Shown here: positions 1 to 12,217 of the stretch, in pieces
Layout of the letters: the number at the start of each line of letters is the position of its first letter
Position numbering within the stretch: position 1 is the stretch's first letter
Source of the DNA: the human T2T-CHM13v2.0 reference genome, Homo sapiens
Direction: 5' to 3' (one strand)
Length of the DNA: 64,000 bases
NCBI RefSeq assembly: GCF_009914755.1
Contig: NC_060935.1
Position numbers and translations under genes: made by a program
The notes under the pieces: generated by a model
Database searches by the model: none
Seen by the model: only the letters and a program-made list of their open reading frames with translations
What the model was told of the DNA's origin: nothing

Positions 1-269
1 GATCTGTTGAAATAAGAAACAGATCAAGGGATAACGTGTACTTATCCCAACTAACGGGTTGCTTTTAAACTTAATTATGTATATCTTAATTCCTTAGTCC
101 TGCTCTTAGCTTCATTACTCCTGTCTGTGTTGTTGGGCAGGTATTCTTTCTTCTCTGGGTCTCAGTTTGTTCATCTGTAGAATGGGAGATTAGACTGTGT
201 TTTCTGCAATCCCTTTCAGTTCAAATTCTCTTATAGTAAGCTGGAGGTATAGACAGGAACATGGGGCAG

Positions 270-540
270 AGAGGTCCTATGGTATAGAGGATAAGCACAT
301 AGATTCCAAAGTAAGGTTCTTGGTTTAGGTCCTGGCTTCAACTTCTACCTGCTCTGTGATGTTGGACAATTATTTCACCACTCTGTGCCTCAGGTTCCTC
401 ATCTGTAAAGTGGGGATAGAGTATTTACCTTATAGAGTTGTCCCGAGAATTCAGTAATTGATACATGTAAAGTGCCTAGAACGATACCAATAATAGATGT
501 ATCATGTAAATATAAGTCATTAATATTATTATGAGTAATA
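270..540 (+). mobile_element. MIR SINE
   Basis: MIR core ...CTCTGTGCCTCAGGTTCCTCATCTGTAAAGTGGGGATA...CATGTAAAGTGCCTAGAAC. Confidence 0.85.
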
Positions 541-3500
541 ATGCTGTTATTATTGAGCCTGGAGTAATACAGGGCGGGTGTAGTAGCCTCACGCTGTCAG
601 GCTGGGCAAATTCCTTAATCACTTTGGGTCCTCATTTCCTCTTGTGTAGTCAGAGTTAGATCTCACTGATTGTCAAGAAGATTAAATGGGATGATACTTG
701 TAAACTCCTGGCCCCTAGCAGGCCTCAGGAAGTGTTGTTACCTTCCTCCCTTGATGCTGTTTCCCCAAGGCTTGTTTCCTGGTTGATTTAGGCGGTGCTA
801 CTAAACTGAGCGGTAGTTGCCGGGAAGATGAAGCACTGCCTGAAGTTTCAGTGGTAAAACCATCATTTACTCAGCAGAGGCAGCCAAGCCTGGTGCTGTC
901 TACTCACAAATAGGATTCCCCAGCAGCTTGGCTGTGCAGTGCATTAAAGAACCACAATTAACTGGAGGTCTGCCAGGTCTGGGTGAAGATCCCATCCTTT
1001 GTGCTGCAGGCCAGCAAGCACCATTTTCCAGATGAGAAGACAGAGGACCCATGGGAACTTCCCAAGGCTCCTGAGAGAGCAGCCATGCCAGGAATGGATG
1101 GAGCCCAGGTTCCAGAGTTCAGAGCTCTGCCTCAGACCCATACAGCTTCTTTAGTCCTTGCTGATTTTCCCAGCCATGTTTTCTGGTGGCCAGAGCCAAC
1201 TGAAGCCAGAAGCTATGTGGCTTAGTCAGGTCTACTTGGGTCTTTTTCCTGCCAAGTTAAGCTTGCTTCTTTCTATGAGTCTGATCAAACCCTTATCTGC
1301 TGCTAGAACTCTTGAAGATAGGTCAGACATAGGCTCAGGCTTTAGATGGTACAGATGGATGAGTACAAAGTCATTTCCATGCTCATACTCTGCAGGAGGG
1401 GGTGGGGGGAGAGGCTTGGTAGTATCATAATTATTAAATTTATTTAAAAGTGCATATCCAATGACCTCATAATTCGTAAGTCAGCATATACTTTCAGGTT
1501 TTCTTTTCCAGAGAAACTCCAAGTAAAATTGGTTTAAATGACACTGAAGTTCACTTTCCTTTCCTGCAAAAGCGAAATGATTTGGGATCACACCCCTTCC
1601 CTTTAAGGTACAACCTGGAAGTTTTTCACCTTTCTGCCCATGTTCTGTCAATCAGAACCCAGTGTCATGCATATAGCTGTGAGGGAGGCTTGGAAATGGA
1701 GTTGCTCTTCTGGCTGTCACACTGGAAGTGGGTGCATGGGATGCTGTGGTGCCTCACCCAGGTCCCCTCTTAAGGACTGATAGGCCTATCCCCCAGCTGC
1801 TGAGAGCACTGATGACTGATAGTACATAACTCTGTCCCTTTCTGATTATTCCTCAGAGCCACAAAGAATTGTCTCACCCAAGATTATACCTGCCCGAAGT
1901 TTCAAGCTTCCCGGAGGAGACCATTTTTGCCAAGAATTGCCTTATGCTGACATAAAAGGTTATGACCTCCTTGGCTGAATTTGAGACAACTCTGAAGGGT
2001 CGTTCTAGCTCCAGGGGTCCTCATCAGGTCCGCTGGGGCCTGCAGGCCCACTATTCCTTCTTTTTAGTCCTGGACATTTCCTTACACATGGCCCTCTCTA
2101 GAGCACTGTCCAATAAACTGGTCTTCATTGCTCTGTGCCAGACATAATTTCAGGGAACCCAAACTAAGAAATTGGGCTTCTAGCCTATGGAAGAAGTAGA
2201 AGGGTATGAGAACCAGCAGTCCTTTTTGCCTGCAGCCATCCCACTTCTCATGTCAGCTCTGAAGAAATACTTGTAAATGTGTCCAAAGAAGCAATGCAAA
2301 GCCAGCCCAGTGGCATCGTTTGTGAGAGTGAAAACAATGAGACGCTAAATGAACCATAGTGAGGCTGTATTTTGGGGCATGTTAGAAAGACTGAGAAAGT
2401 TCTTGATCTGCTGCATTCTGTATTCTCCAAGTGTTGACTGTAATAAGGAAAGTGTGAAAGATGTGTACATTATGATACAATTTTATTAGAAAGCATCAAA
2501 CAATACACGTATGTGTAGCCATAGAAAATGTATGGTTTATAAACAGGAAACAAAAGAAGGCTACTGTGGGCGCTGATGCTAGCAGCTGCCTTTGGAGAGG
2601 ACAGGAGAGCATGTGAGGCTTTTAAGTGTAGCAATGGAGTGAAGGAGTGGATGAGGGTGATCTATAGAGCTGCAAGCCTTATCTGTAATGCTGTATAAAA
2701 ACAATATATTCATGGATTATTTGCACAGTTAAAAAATCTATATTAAAAAAGAAAAATAGAAATCCATTATTGCTCACAGGACTAAAAATCAAAGTCATCT
2801 CCAGAGAACCGATGAAAAAAGCCAGCTTTGCTGTCCAAAGAGAATCCTTTATTTTTATTTCCAGGAGGTCTTGAGACCTCAGGCAAATCACTCTGCCTCT
2901 CTACACCTCAGTTTCCCCATCTGTGAAGTGGCAGTCACAAGCCCCGTCTCATCTGCTGCAAGGCTGAGACGCGGTAAGCTTTACAAAGCTGCCAGCCTGG
3001 TGCCCAGTACTCCATTAGTGGTGGTGGGTGGTGGGGAATGAGTTGGTCAAATGAACAACTGTCTCATTCAGGATGCCCAGCCAGCTGCTTAGACAACTTT
3101 CCACTGGGCCTTGGGTCAGCAGCCACAGAGAAGGGGAGGTCTCTCCACTCCCTGGTCACAGCCTGCATCTGGGGAAAGCCGGAAGGCTAAGGACAGATGA
3201 TTCCGGACCATTCCAGGTGTTCTGGGATTGAGTCTCTCTTTCTGATATATGAGCAACGGCGTGTGTAGCTGCTGGGCATGTTTTGTGTTACGTCAAAGGA
3301 TTTGGGTGGTTTTTCTGTCCTCTTGTTTCTCAGAATGAAGAGGACAAAGCCTTTCTTTTCAGTGAAGCCCAGCAGACCAGAAAGGCTTTGAAATCATGAA
3401 ATGCAAATACTGCTGCCTTTGAGCCACATGGAAGGCGGAGCTGCTGAATTAAATTAACATGGCCCATAAATAGAGAGTTTAAAAAAATGGGAGGCCAAGT

Positions 3501-3873
3501 GTTCAGAGGCTTTTGTCCAGGGGAGAAATAATCACAGGACAATGGTCTATTTTGTTTGGATTACAGGCTGGTATCACATTAGCTCAAACCTGGCAATATT
3601 TATGTTGAACACTGCTGTTTGTGGAGCCGCTGCTGTCCCAATTTATCTCTCTGGGGAATCCCTGGAGGCAAAGCAAACTAGGAAGGGAATCTCCACCTCC
3701 TGCTGACCTGCCTGGTTCTGCCTACCACTGCCAGAGAGTGCCTAGTGCTTGGCCATCCATGGAGAGGAAAATGTCCCACAGAGAAAATGAGGACGTGCAG
3801 ATAAAAGTCAGCCTGAAAAAAATAGTTGTTCAGGAGATGTGCCATAAAAATCGGTCTGTCCTGCCTTTCTTGA

Positions 3874-4320
<447 letters not shown>

Positions 4321-5519
4321 CATTCTTACACTATTGTTTCTCTTACAGTCAAAAATAGTTCTCTAAACCCCCAACATTATTAAGATGTAAGATAATGCAA
4401 GCTAGACCATCAAGAGACTTTTTTTTTTCCCCTATAGCCAGCCTGCCTTACTCCTATGGGTATTTGTATTGCCAACCACTGGGCTACTGCTAGAACCTCT
4501 AGGCCTGGATCCTGATTTCAGTTTTTTACCAACTGATCTGATCCTAAGCAGCCATTCCTGCACTCTCTTCCACTTTGATGCCACTACCCTCACATGTAAA
4601 AAAAGGTGGGGGGCAGTTTTTCCCCCTGAACTATGTTCTGAGTAACATTAGCTCTGTGGAACATGATAGGATCCATGATCCAATACACCGGGAAGCACAT
4701 GTTAGACAGAACAAGTCAATCGCTGTGTGCAGGACTTTCCAAGCTGATGTGCATCTGTTTCCCAAATGAATTTACTAGGAAAGCCTATTTCATGGAGCCT
4801 CTTGGGACACTAGTGTTCTCTTGCTTAGACTTGGGGAATCAAAAGGTGATGTCCAAATTCCTGCCAGCATGAAAGCTCAGTGCCCAGGATGGTCCTCCCG
4901 GTACTTAGCCCTGGGTCAGGGCATCTTGCCCTGGACCAGCAGCCCCAGTTTCTACCACCTTCCTATGTGGTTTCCTTCTCCCACCCTCCACTCTCCCTCT
5001 CCTCTTCATGGCCCCCTCAGGTGTCAGGTGGGAGGCTTAAAGGAGAGGGGTTATCACAGCCCCACCCTCCATCATATTGCATACCCAAGGGGTCCTTTGC
5101 CCCCACACCTGGTCACAAGGAGATAAATATGGCCAGTCTTGGGTCAAGCTAAATGATTTTTTTGGATAAGACTATCCAAACCCTTCTCAAGGTAAAGTCA
5201 GGTTCTCAGGCAGCTCTCTAGCAAAGCTGACAGATAAGCATTGATGAGGGTATTGCTAAGAAAAAAATGCAAACCCTATAAAACCTGTCATATTTATGGG
5301 CCTTTTATGTCCAACTCTGCTGTTCTCTGTTTTCTGCAATTTTTGCCACTTACATTACACGAAAACCTCCTAGAAGGCAGGGAGCTGCACTGATTTTGTT
5401 TGCATTACTTATTATATTTTGTGCATTGAAACAGTTAATCAGCAAGGATTTATTGAGTGGGATTACTGCCCTCTGAGGTATAAGTTCCTACCTTACAGTC
5501 CTACAAGTAACAAAATCCC

Positions 5520-5950
5520 CAGTGTGACAGAGTGGAGAATTGTGAATTTTGCATTCAGACAGAACTGGGTCTATGTGGTCTATATGGTCTTGGTCACATT
5601 ACTTCTTTCTGGGTCTCAGTTTTCTCATCTCTAAAATGGAGACCATATTGGGAAATTTACAACCTTCACGAGGGTCCCCAGCATAGAGCCTGACATACGG
5701 CAAGCAGTCCATGGGAATTTACTGTTATTGTGATGGCTGAAGGTTTACCTGAGACTTCCTTTCATGTACATAATCTCATTTTATCTTCATGGCCTCTCCT
5801 TGAGCTCAGTGAGGCTAGGATTATGAACATCTTTTACAGATGAGGAAACAGGAGTTTAGAGAGATTAGGGCATTGCCTGAAGTTTCTCAGCCAAAAAGTG
5901 GGGAGCCAGAACTTAAAGTTTGAGCAGGAATTAAATTCTATACCCTGGGT
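5520..5950. mobile_element. Two MIR fragments tail-to-tail (+ then -)
   Basis: CTCTCAGTTTTCTCATCTCTAAAATGG on +, then TTTTACAGATGAGGAAACAGG (MIR core, reverse). Confidence 0.75.
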
Positions 5951-6565
5951 GGCCTTCAGAATATAGCACTAGATCCCAAAATACAATGCTTTGCCAAATG
6001 CAATGTCATTCAATACAAAGGCTAACTTGCTGCTATCATGGCAAATTCAGCAGGTATTGCTATAAGCAAGGATCTTCCCTAGAAAGCTATCCTATAGCCT
6101 TCAAAATGCTCAAAGAGCCCTTATACGGGTAATAAGCTATATATGTTAAAAAAATGTTTCATTGGGCAGAAAATGGTCAGGGTCAATTAGAGAAAGTGGG
6201 CAGGTGCCAGGGGAGAGATAGTAGGTCACAGGAACAAGACCTCCTTTTGGCAGGCATGGTGGAGGTGAGATTCAAATATGGGCAGCAGAAGAGAAGGGCG
6301 GAGAAAATTGCACAAGCAAAGCTCTACATCAGCAAAGTGAAGGGGAGTCCCAGTCACTGAGGGTGACTGGACAGGGAGACCCGGAGCCCGGTGCCTGCAA
6401 GAATTGCTGATGGAAGGTTTTAAATGTGAGAGGATGAGGTGAGGGGAGTTGGCAGGAGACGATATCAAAGCAACGGACAGAGCAGGCCAGTTTGGAGTTC
6501 ACTGAAAAGAAAAACAGCAAGGACCTTGCAGACTAAAGCAGAAGGAAAAACAAGAAATGGGGAGG

Positions 6566-6796
6566 ATATTAGCTAATTAATTAATTCATCAAATATTGTA
6601 ATCAGCCCATTAAAATTTGTAGAGCACCTACAATGTGTTTGTGAGTTCTTGCTTCTGCAAATACAAAGATAAGTGCAACAAGGAGATAGTGCCCAATCTA
6701 AGCCTTGACCAACCAAGACAAAAGCCTTCATCTTGCCTGCTATGCTAACCCCTATGCTGTGCATGTGTGCACGCACGCTTCTCAGCCCCATCTCCA
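6566..6796 (+). repeat. Local direct duplication, copy 1 (231 bp)
   Basis: Aligns to 7702-7927 with 13 substitutions and one 5-bp indel. Confidence 0.97.
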
Positions 6797-7439
6797 CTTT
6801 CTCCTGGCTTCCATAAACTTTACCCAGCATCTCTCTGCTGTCCCAAGGCAAGTCCCCTTCACTTGTCAGGTGAAAAACTCTGATGCAAATACAATGTCTA
6901 TTTTAGAAACGAGGCTTTCCCCCTAATGAGTTAATTAAAAGGAGGCTTTGCCAGGCATCCGAGGAATTATTTTTCATTACACGAGACAGGTGCACATTTT
7001 TAGCATAGTTCCTAGCTTCCAGAGGTCTCCCCTGATGTCGGCGGTCTGGGCAGATTCTACAGAGGTGGGGTAGATATTTTCATGGGGTTGCCCCAGCCAG
7101 CTGGGTGGGGTTGAGTCTGGAGGGTCGCTGTGAGTTGAGCTGCAGTTCATTTGGTGGCCCAGTCACTGTGTCGGGTATAATTAACCAAGCTGAAAGGAAT
7201 CTAAAGAAACTTCTCTGACAGGGAGGTCAGGGAAGATGAACTCTGATGGGAAATTAATGATGAGAGTCTGGAAGCTCCACAAGGGGCTTTGCCACCGTGG
7301 CTCTCTCTGGTGGCATATTAGGAGCTAGTTTTCCCCCTCCTCAACTCGTAACAGAATTCAAGCACCAAAAGGGACCTTTTCGGAGATTGCTTCTTTTGGG
7401 TGTTTAAATAATGCTCCACTGCTGGATAGTAATGTTAAT

Positions 7440-7660
7440 AATAAGCTGTCATCGGCAACCATGAGCAGTTATTGAGTACCATGTGCCAGATGCCGTGCTA
7501 AGTGCTTTATGTATATCCTTTCCATAAACCGTCCTGTTAATTCCCACCACTCAGGAGGGCAAGTGCTATATGCCAGGAGCTGTGACAGAGCTTAAGTCAT
7601 TTACCCAAAGATTCAGAATCACTAAATGGCAGAACTGGGATTCGGAACTAAGCTCCTGCC
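7440..7660 (-). mobile_element. MIR fragment
   Basis: TTATTGAGTACCATGTGCCAGATGCCGTGCTAAGTGCTTTA...TAAATGGCAGAACTGGGATTC. Confidence 0.7.
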
Positions 7661-7701
7661 TCTATGTTAGTTGGCCTGTTTGTAGGTCTTTCATAGAAAA
7701 T

Positions 7702-7927
7702 ATATTAGCTAATTAATTAATTCATCAAATACTGTAATCAGCCCATTAAAATTTGTTGAGCACCTACAATGTGTTTGTGAGTTCTTGCTTCTGCAAATAT
7801 GAAGTGCAACAAGGAGATAGTGCCCAATCTAAGCCTTGACCAACCAAGACAAAAGCCTTGATTTTGCCTGCTACGCTAACCCCTACACTGTGCATGTGCG
7901 CACACACACTTCTCAGCCCCACCTCCA
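7702..7927 (+). repeat. Local direct duplication, copy 2 (226 bp)
   Basis: Aligns to 6566-6796. Confidence 0.97.
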
Positions 7928-7969
7928 GTTGAAAAAGAAGGCCGAGGCTAGAGGGCTCATGCTGTAGGG

Positions 7970-8184
7970 CAGATTGGCAAACTGTGGTCCATCTGCAGAT
8001 TGGCAAACTTGTTGTAAAAATAATTGGGGGGAAAACATAGTCACTCCCTTTCATATACATATTGTCTATGATTGCTTTTATGCTAGGACAGTAGAACTGA
8101 GTAGTTACAAGAGACTGTGTAGCCTGCCAAGCCTAAAATATTTACTATCTGGCCCTGGACAGAAAAAAAGCGTTGTCAATTCTC
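7970..8184 (+). mobile_element. MER58A-like hAT-Charlie MITE
   Basis: TTGGCAAACT...ATTGTCTATG...AAGCCTAAAATATTTACTATCTGGCCC matches the recalled MER58A consensus. Confidence 0.85.
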
Positions 8185-8194
8185 ACTTAAGGAA

Positions 8195-8366
8195 ACCCAG
8201 AGTTAAACAAAATTAAGCAGGTTTATTTGCTGCATGACTTCTCAGAGCCCTTAACCTGCTAATATGTACTCTGAGAGTCCCAGAGGATGTAGTGTATCCT
8301 GATATACTTTACCAGGCACCCCTTTTTCTTGAAGCATCTTTGAGGCAAGCTTTGGGGGACACTACC
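8195..8366. mobile_element. Degenerate hAT-Charlie-type MITE fragment (subfamily uncertain)
   Basis: GTTAAACAAAATTAAGCAGGTTT...GACTTCTCAGAGCCCTTAA..TGCTAAT resembles a Charlie-family MER element. Confidence 0.5.
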
Positions 8367-9499
8367 CATTTATTTGTTCAAGGAGGAAACGGGCTTAGAG
8401 AGGAAAAGTGGCCCTAGGGCATGTAGCTTGTGTGGCTGACCAGGACTGGATTTGGATTCCAGAAGCTTCTCAAGGTGGTGCTGGACTCTGTTTGCCATTT
8501 GCCAACTTCAGTCAGAGGGATGGATGCCCCTTCTCCTGAGCGGTGGCGGTGGTGGGAGCCGGTGCAGCCTTTTCTTTATTCAGTTGCCTGTTTACAATGG
8601 TGTTCAGCAATTCTGTCTTTATGGGGCCTGTTTGTTCTTCAAATCCAAGAAGAGAAGGGAAAATCATCATACTAATCATGAATGTCAGTTTTAATCAGCA
8701 TCATCTGACATTATGAGAATTGAATTTCCACCTTTCACAGCATACATTAAATATGGGGCTTTATCTCCTCATGCAGAATTGATTTGCCATAATTCTCTCC
8801 TTTGGCCCTTGTCATGTAAATTGTGGCATTTCTTCCCCATTGACTGCAGAAACCAAGATTAGAGGTGAGGGTCCAGGCTCCCAGACCAGCTGCTGCTGAG
8901 CGCTTTGTCTGTCTGTCTTTCTTTTCCCACTCACGTGTTCCCTCTCTGAACTTTCTCTTTTGGGACTGCTTACTGGCTAATCATGCCTTCTGCAGATAGA
9001 GCCTGAAGGGGAGGAATAGAGGGATGATGTTGTGGGGCTGAGCAGATGGCCTTCGTGAGACATCAGCCATAAGGATCCGTAGCACCTGCAGCCCGGACAG
9101 GTGACTGCTGGGTAGGTTTTAGGGGACAGATCTTAGGGCCATTTGTAACTCATGTCCACTACTGAATCAAATCACCAGTGTCTACAAGAGTGACATACAT
9201 TCAAATACTCCCCACAGGACCCTGGAGAATCTCTACCTCCTGGTACCTGTACTGGATGGATAGGGACAATGGTGGCTTCTGGTTGGTAGAAAAGCCAAGG
9301 GCCTGAGGAGCACCTGGCCCCAGGCCTGGGCTTATGAACTGTGGCCTGGAAACCAGCCCCAAGGACTCTGCAGAAAGAAAGTTCTTGGAAGAGCTTTCAG
9401 TCACTCAGTGACACCCCAGGTGAGGACATCTATACCAATGCTCTGTAAAAGCCCCTGAGCCTCATTTTTGTCTTGCAACTATTTTCTGCTAAATATCCA

Positions 9500-9750
9500 A
9501 GCAGTGGTTAAGAGATGACATGCTGAAGGCAGAAAGACTTGGGTTCAAGTACTGACTCTTCCACTTATTAATTGGGTGTTGCAGGGCAAAATACTTAAGC
9601 CCTCTAAACCTCTGCTCTTCCATCTGTAAAACAGGATAAATAGTAATAGCTATGTCCATGAGGTTGTTTGGAAGATTAAATGAAATAATCCATGTAATGC
9701 ATCTGGGGCAGTGCCCAGCACATAGTAAACAGTCTGTATGTAGAGGCTGC
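9500..9750 (+). mobile_element. MIR SINE, near full length
   Basis: GCAGTGGTTAAGAG...TGGGTTCAAG...CATCTGTAAAACAGGATA...GTGCCCAGCACATAGTAA. Confidence 0.85.
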
Positions 9751-11204
9751 TCTTCGGATTGTTAAACATTCCATGCTGGCTGTGCCTTGAGATACACAAA
9801 AAATATACTCTGTAGTTGAGTGTATTGATATTTCATGCATACCAAGGTGCTTAAAGGCCACTAAATATCTACAATGTCTCACAGCTGGCCCACAAAGGTG
9901 GGGAGGGACAAGATGGAATCTATCCCTTACTGAACGCTTGTTGGACCTCAGGCACTTTAATAGTAAAAGGTCAGTTAAGATGACTTTCATACTGTCATCC
10001 ACAGCATGCCCCTTCATGTTACTTTCAAAGACAGAATCCCAGGCAAATAAATAGGAGGTCTGACTCAGGTGGAAGATTCTTACTGCTTTTCACAAAGAAG
10101 GATAATAACTTTATGTGTTTGTAATTTTAAATTTATAATCCATTTATTGAAAGTCTGCTGTGGGTAAGCATTATGCCCAGAACTTTACATTTAATATAAT
10201 CTAACTAAATTACATTTTCACAACAACCCAAGAAGGCAAGTACCATGATTATTGCCATTTTATAGATAGTGAAACTGAAGCCCATCTACGTTCCCTACAA
10301 AAAGGAAGACATCAGCTCCAGGATCAACTGCAAGATGAATTTCCTCCATGGACCCTTGCTGCTCCTGTGTTGAGCCTCTAGTAATGAGAATATGCTGCTG
10401 AATTAGTCTCCTGTTACCTGAGCTCTCTACAGTGAAACTCAACTGTCCTGGACCATAATGAATGTTCTATAGGACCCCGGGGTTATTGTTGCCTGTGGAA
10501 CTGGAAAAAGGCAGTTTTCCACGAGTCAAGCCGGGGCTGACTCAATGCTTGAAGACATATGTGAATTCACTGTAAATGGAGAGGGCATGTTGCTGTTGAT
10601 GACTGGGGAAGATAGAGTCTTAGGGGAGTTAGTGTGAGCTACTCTGACCACACCAGCACCGCCCTCCCCAATAGTCTTTGCAAGTCAAGGCTGTTGTCAT
10701 AGGCTGAGCAAGGTCCAGAGAGGCTGAGAAGTCATCTGGAGCTGGTCGGATGGGCAGTGGCATGGAGGAGAATGCATATCAGGACCACCTGAGCAACGCC
10801 CAACATACCTTAGTACTGTTTAAGACATGGGTAAATGGGTATTCTCTTTAAGGCAGTTGGGATCAATTTCAGCCTTTCCCTAAGTGCCAGTGTGCTGGAG
10901 AGGTATGGGGACTCCACAGATACACACTTGCATATGTGTATATGTGCATGCATGTATGGATTGTAGGGAGTTGTTCATAGGGAGGGATGAGGCAAGGCAG
11001 CAGCTTACATTCCCACCATGACTCTCTTGGCTGTTGTGCACCATTGCCTTTCCCACATCCCATGTCTTAAAATGAATACCAATTTCCATTTATTGAGCCA
11101 AGCTTGCCACTTGCCAGACACAGTGTTAAGTCCTTTAGTCTGCTCTCTAATTAAACAAGATCCTCAAAACAATTTGTTGTAGGCAAGTAAGTACTATTAG
11201 TATA

Positions 11205-11883
11205 TAGTAGCCCCCCACTTATCCATGGTTTCAGTTACCTGTGGTCAACCACAGTCTGAAAATATTAAATGAAAAGTTCCAGAAATGAACAATCCTTAAG
11301 TTTTCAATTGCATGTCATTCTGAGTAGTGTGATGAAATTCTGCCCAGAACATGAATCCTCCATTTTCCCAGTGTATTTTTTCTGTAGATGCCACCCACCC
11401 ATTGGTCACTTGGTAGCTATCTTAGTTATCACGTTAACTGTCATGGTATTGTTGTGCTTCTGTTCAAGTAACCATTATTGCACTTAATAGTGACCCCAAA
11501 GCACAAGGGTAGTGATGCTGGAAATTTCGTTGTGCCAAAGAGAAGGCTTGAAGTGCTGTGCTACCTTTAAGTGAAAAGGTGAAAGTTCTCAACTTAATAA
11601 GAAAAGAAAAAAAGTGATATGCTGAGGTTGCTAAGAAGGAGGAAATTGTGAAGAAGGAAAAAAATGCATACTAGTTTTGCTGTCCCACCTTATACTGTAA
11701 AAGTAATGGCCACGGTGCGTGATAAGTGCTTCACTAAGATGGAAAAGGTATTAAGTTTTTTGGCAGATGACATAAACAGAAACGTGTTCTGATGAACAGC
11801 CATCAGGTTCTGTACTATCCACAGTTTCAGGCAACCACTGGGGGTCTAGAAATGCATCCCGCAAGGTTAAGGGGGGACCACTG
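11205..11883 (+). mobile_element. MER44C-like (Tigger7-derived) DNA transposon inserted in a minus-strand MIR
   Basis: Ends TAGTAGCCCCCCACTTATCC and GGTTAAGGGGGGACCACTG (degenerate TIRs); internal transposase N-terminal remnant CCTTTAAGTGAAAAGGTGAAAGTTCTC (PLSEKVKVL); MIR sequence on both sides (~11085-11204, ~11884-11990). Confidence 0.9.
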
Positions 11884-12172
11884 TTCTTGTCTTTCAGAAG
11901 ACAAGACTGGGGCACACAGAGGTAAAATGACATGCCCCAGGAAGCAGCAGAGCCAGAATGAAAACAAAGTTTCTTGATTCTAGAACCCAAATTTTAACTC
12001 AACGGGCCTTATCCATAGGGCCCCACCCCTCTGGAGTGTCACAGACCACTGGGAGGTGTGCTCCACGTGCCTTCTTGCTAATTAAAGTACTGCCTCTTCT
12101 GCGTCTTGGGTTCTGCTACACTGATCTCCATCTCCTCCACGCCCTGCATGACCTTGGATTTGTGACTGATCA

Positions 12173-12176
<4 letters not shown>

Positions 12177-12215
<39 letters not shown>
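12177..12215 (+). repeat. (CA)n microsatellite
   Basis: About 19 uninterrupted CA units. Confidence 0.98.

Positions 12216-12217
<2 letters not shown>

Noticed and set aside
6883-6896. ATGCAAAT-ACAATG as an OCT4-SOX2 composite
   Set aside because: Orientation and order differ from the canonical CATTGT-N-ATGCAAAT element
6573-8060. Two near-identical ORF peptides suggesting paralogous small genes
   Set aside because: They only reflect the 231-bp DNA duplication; a 5-bp indel breaks frame correspondence
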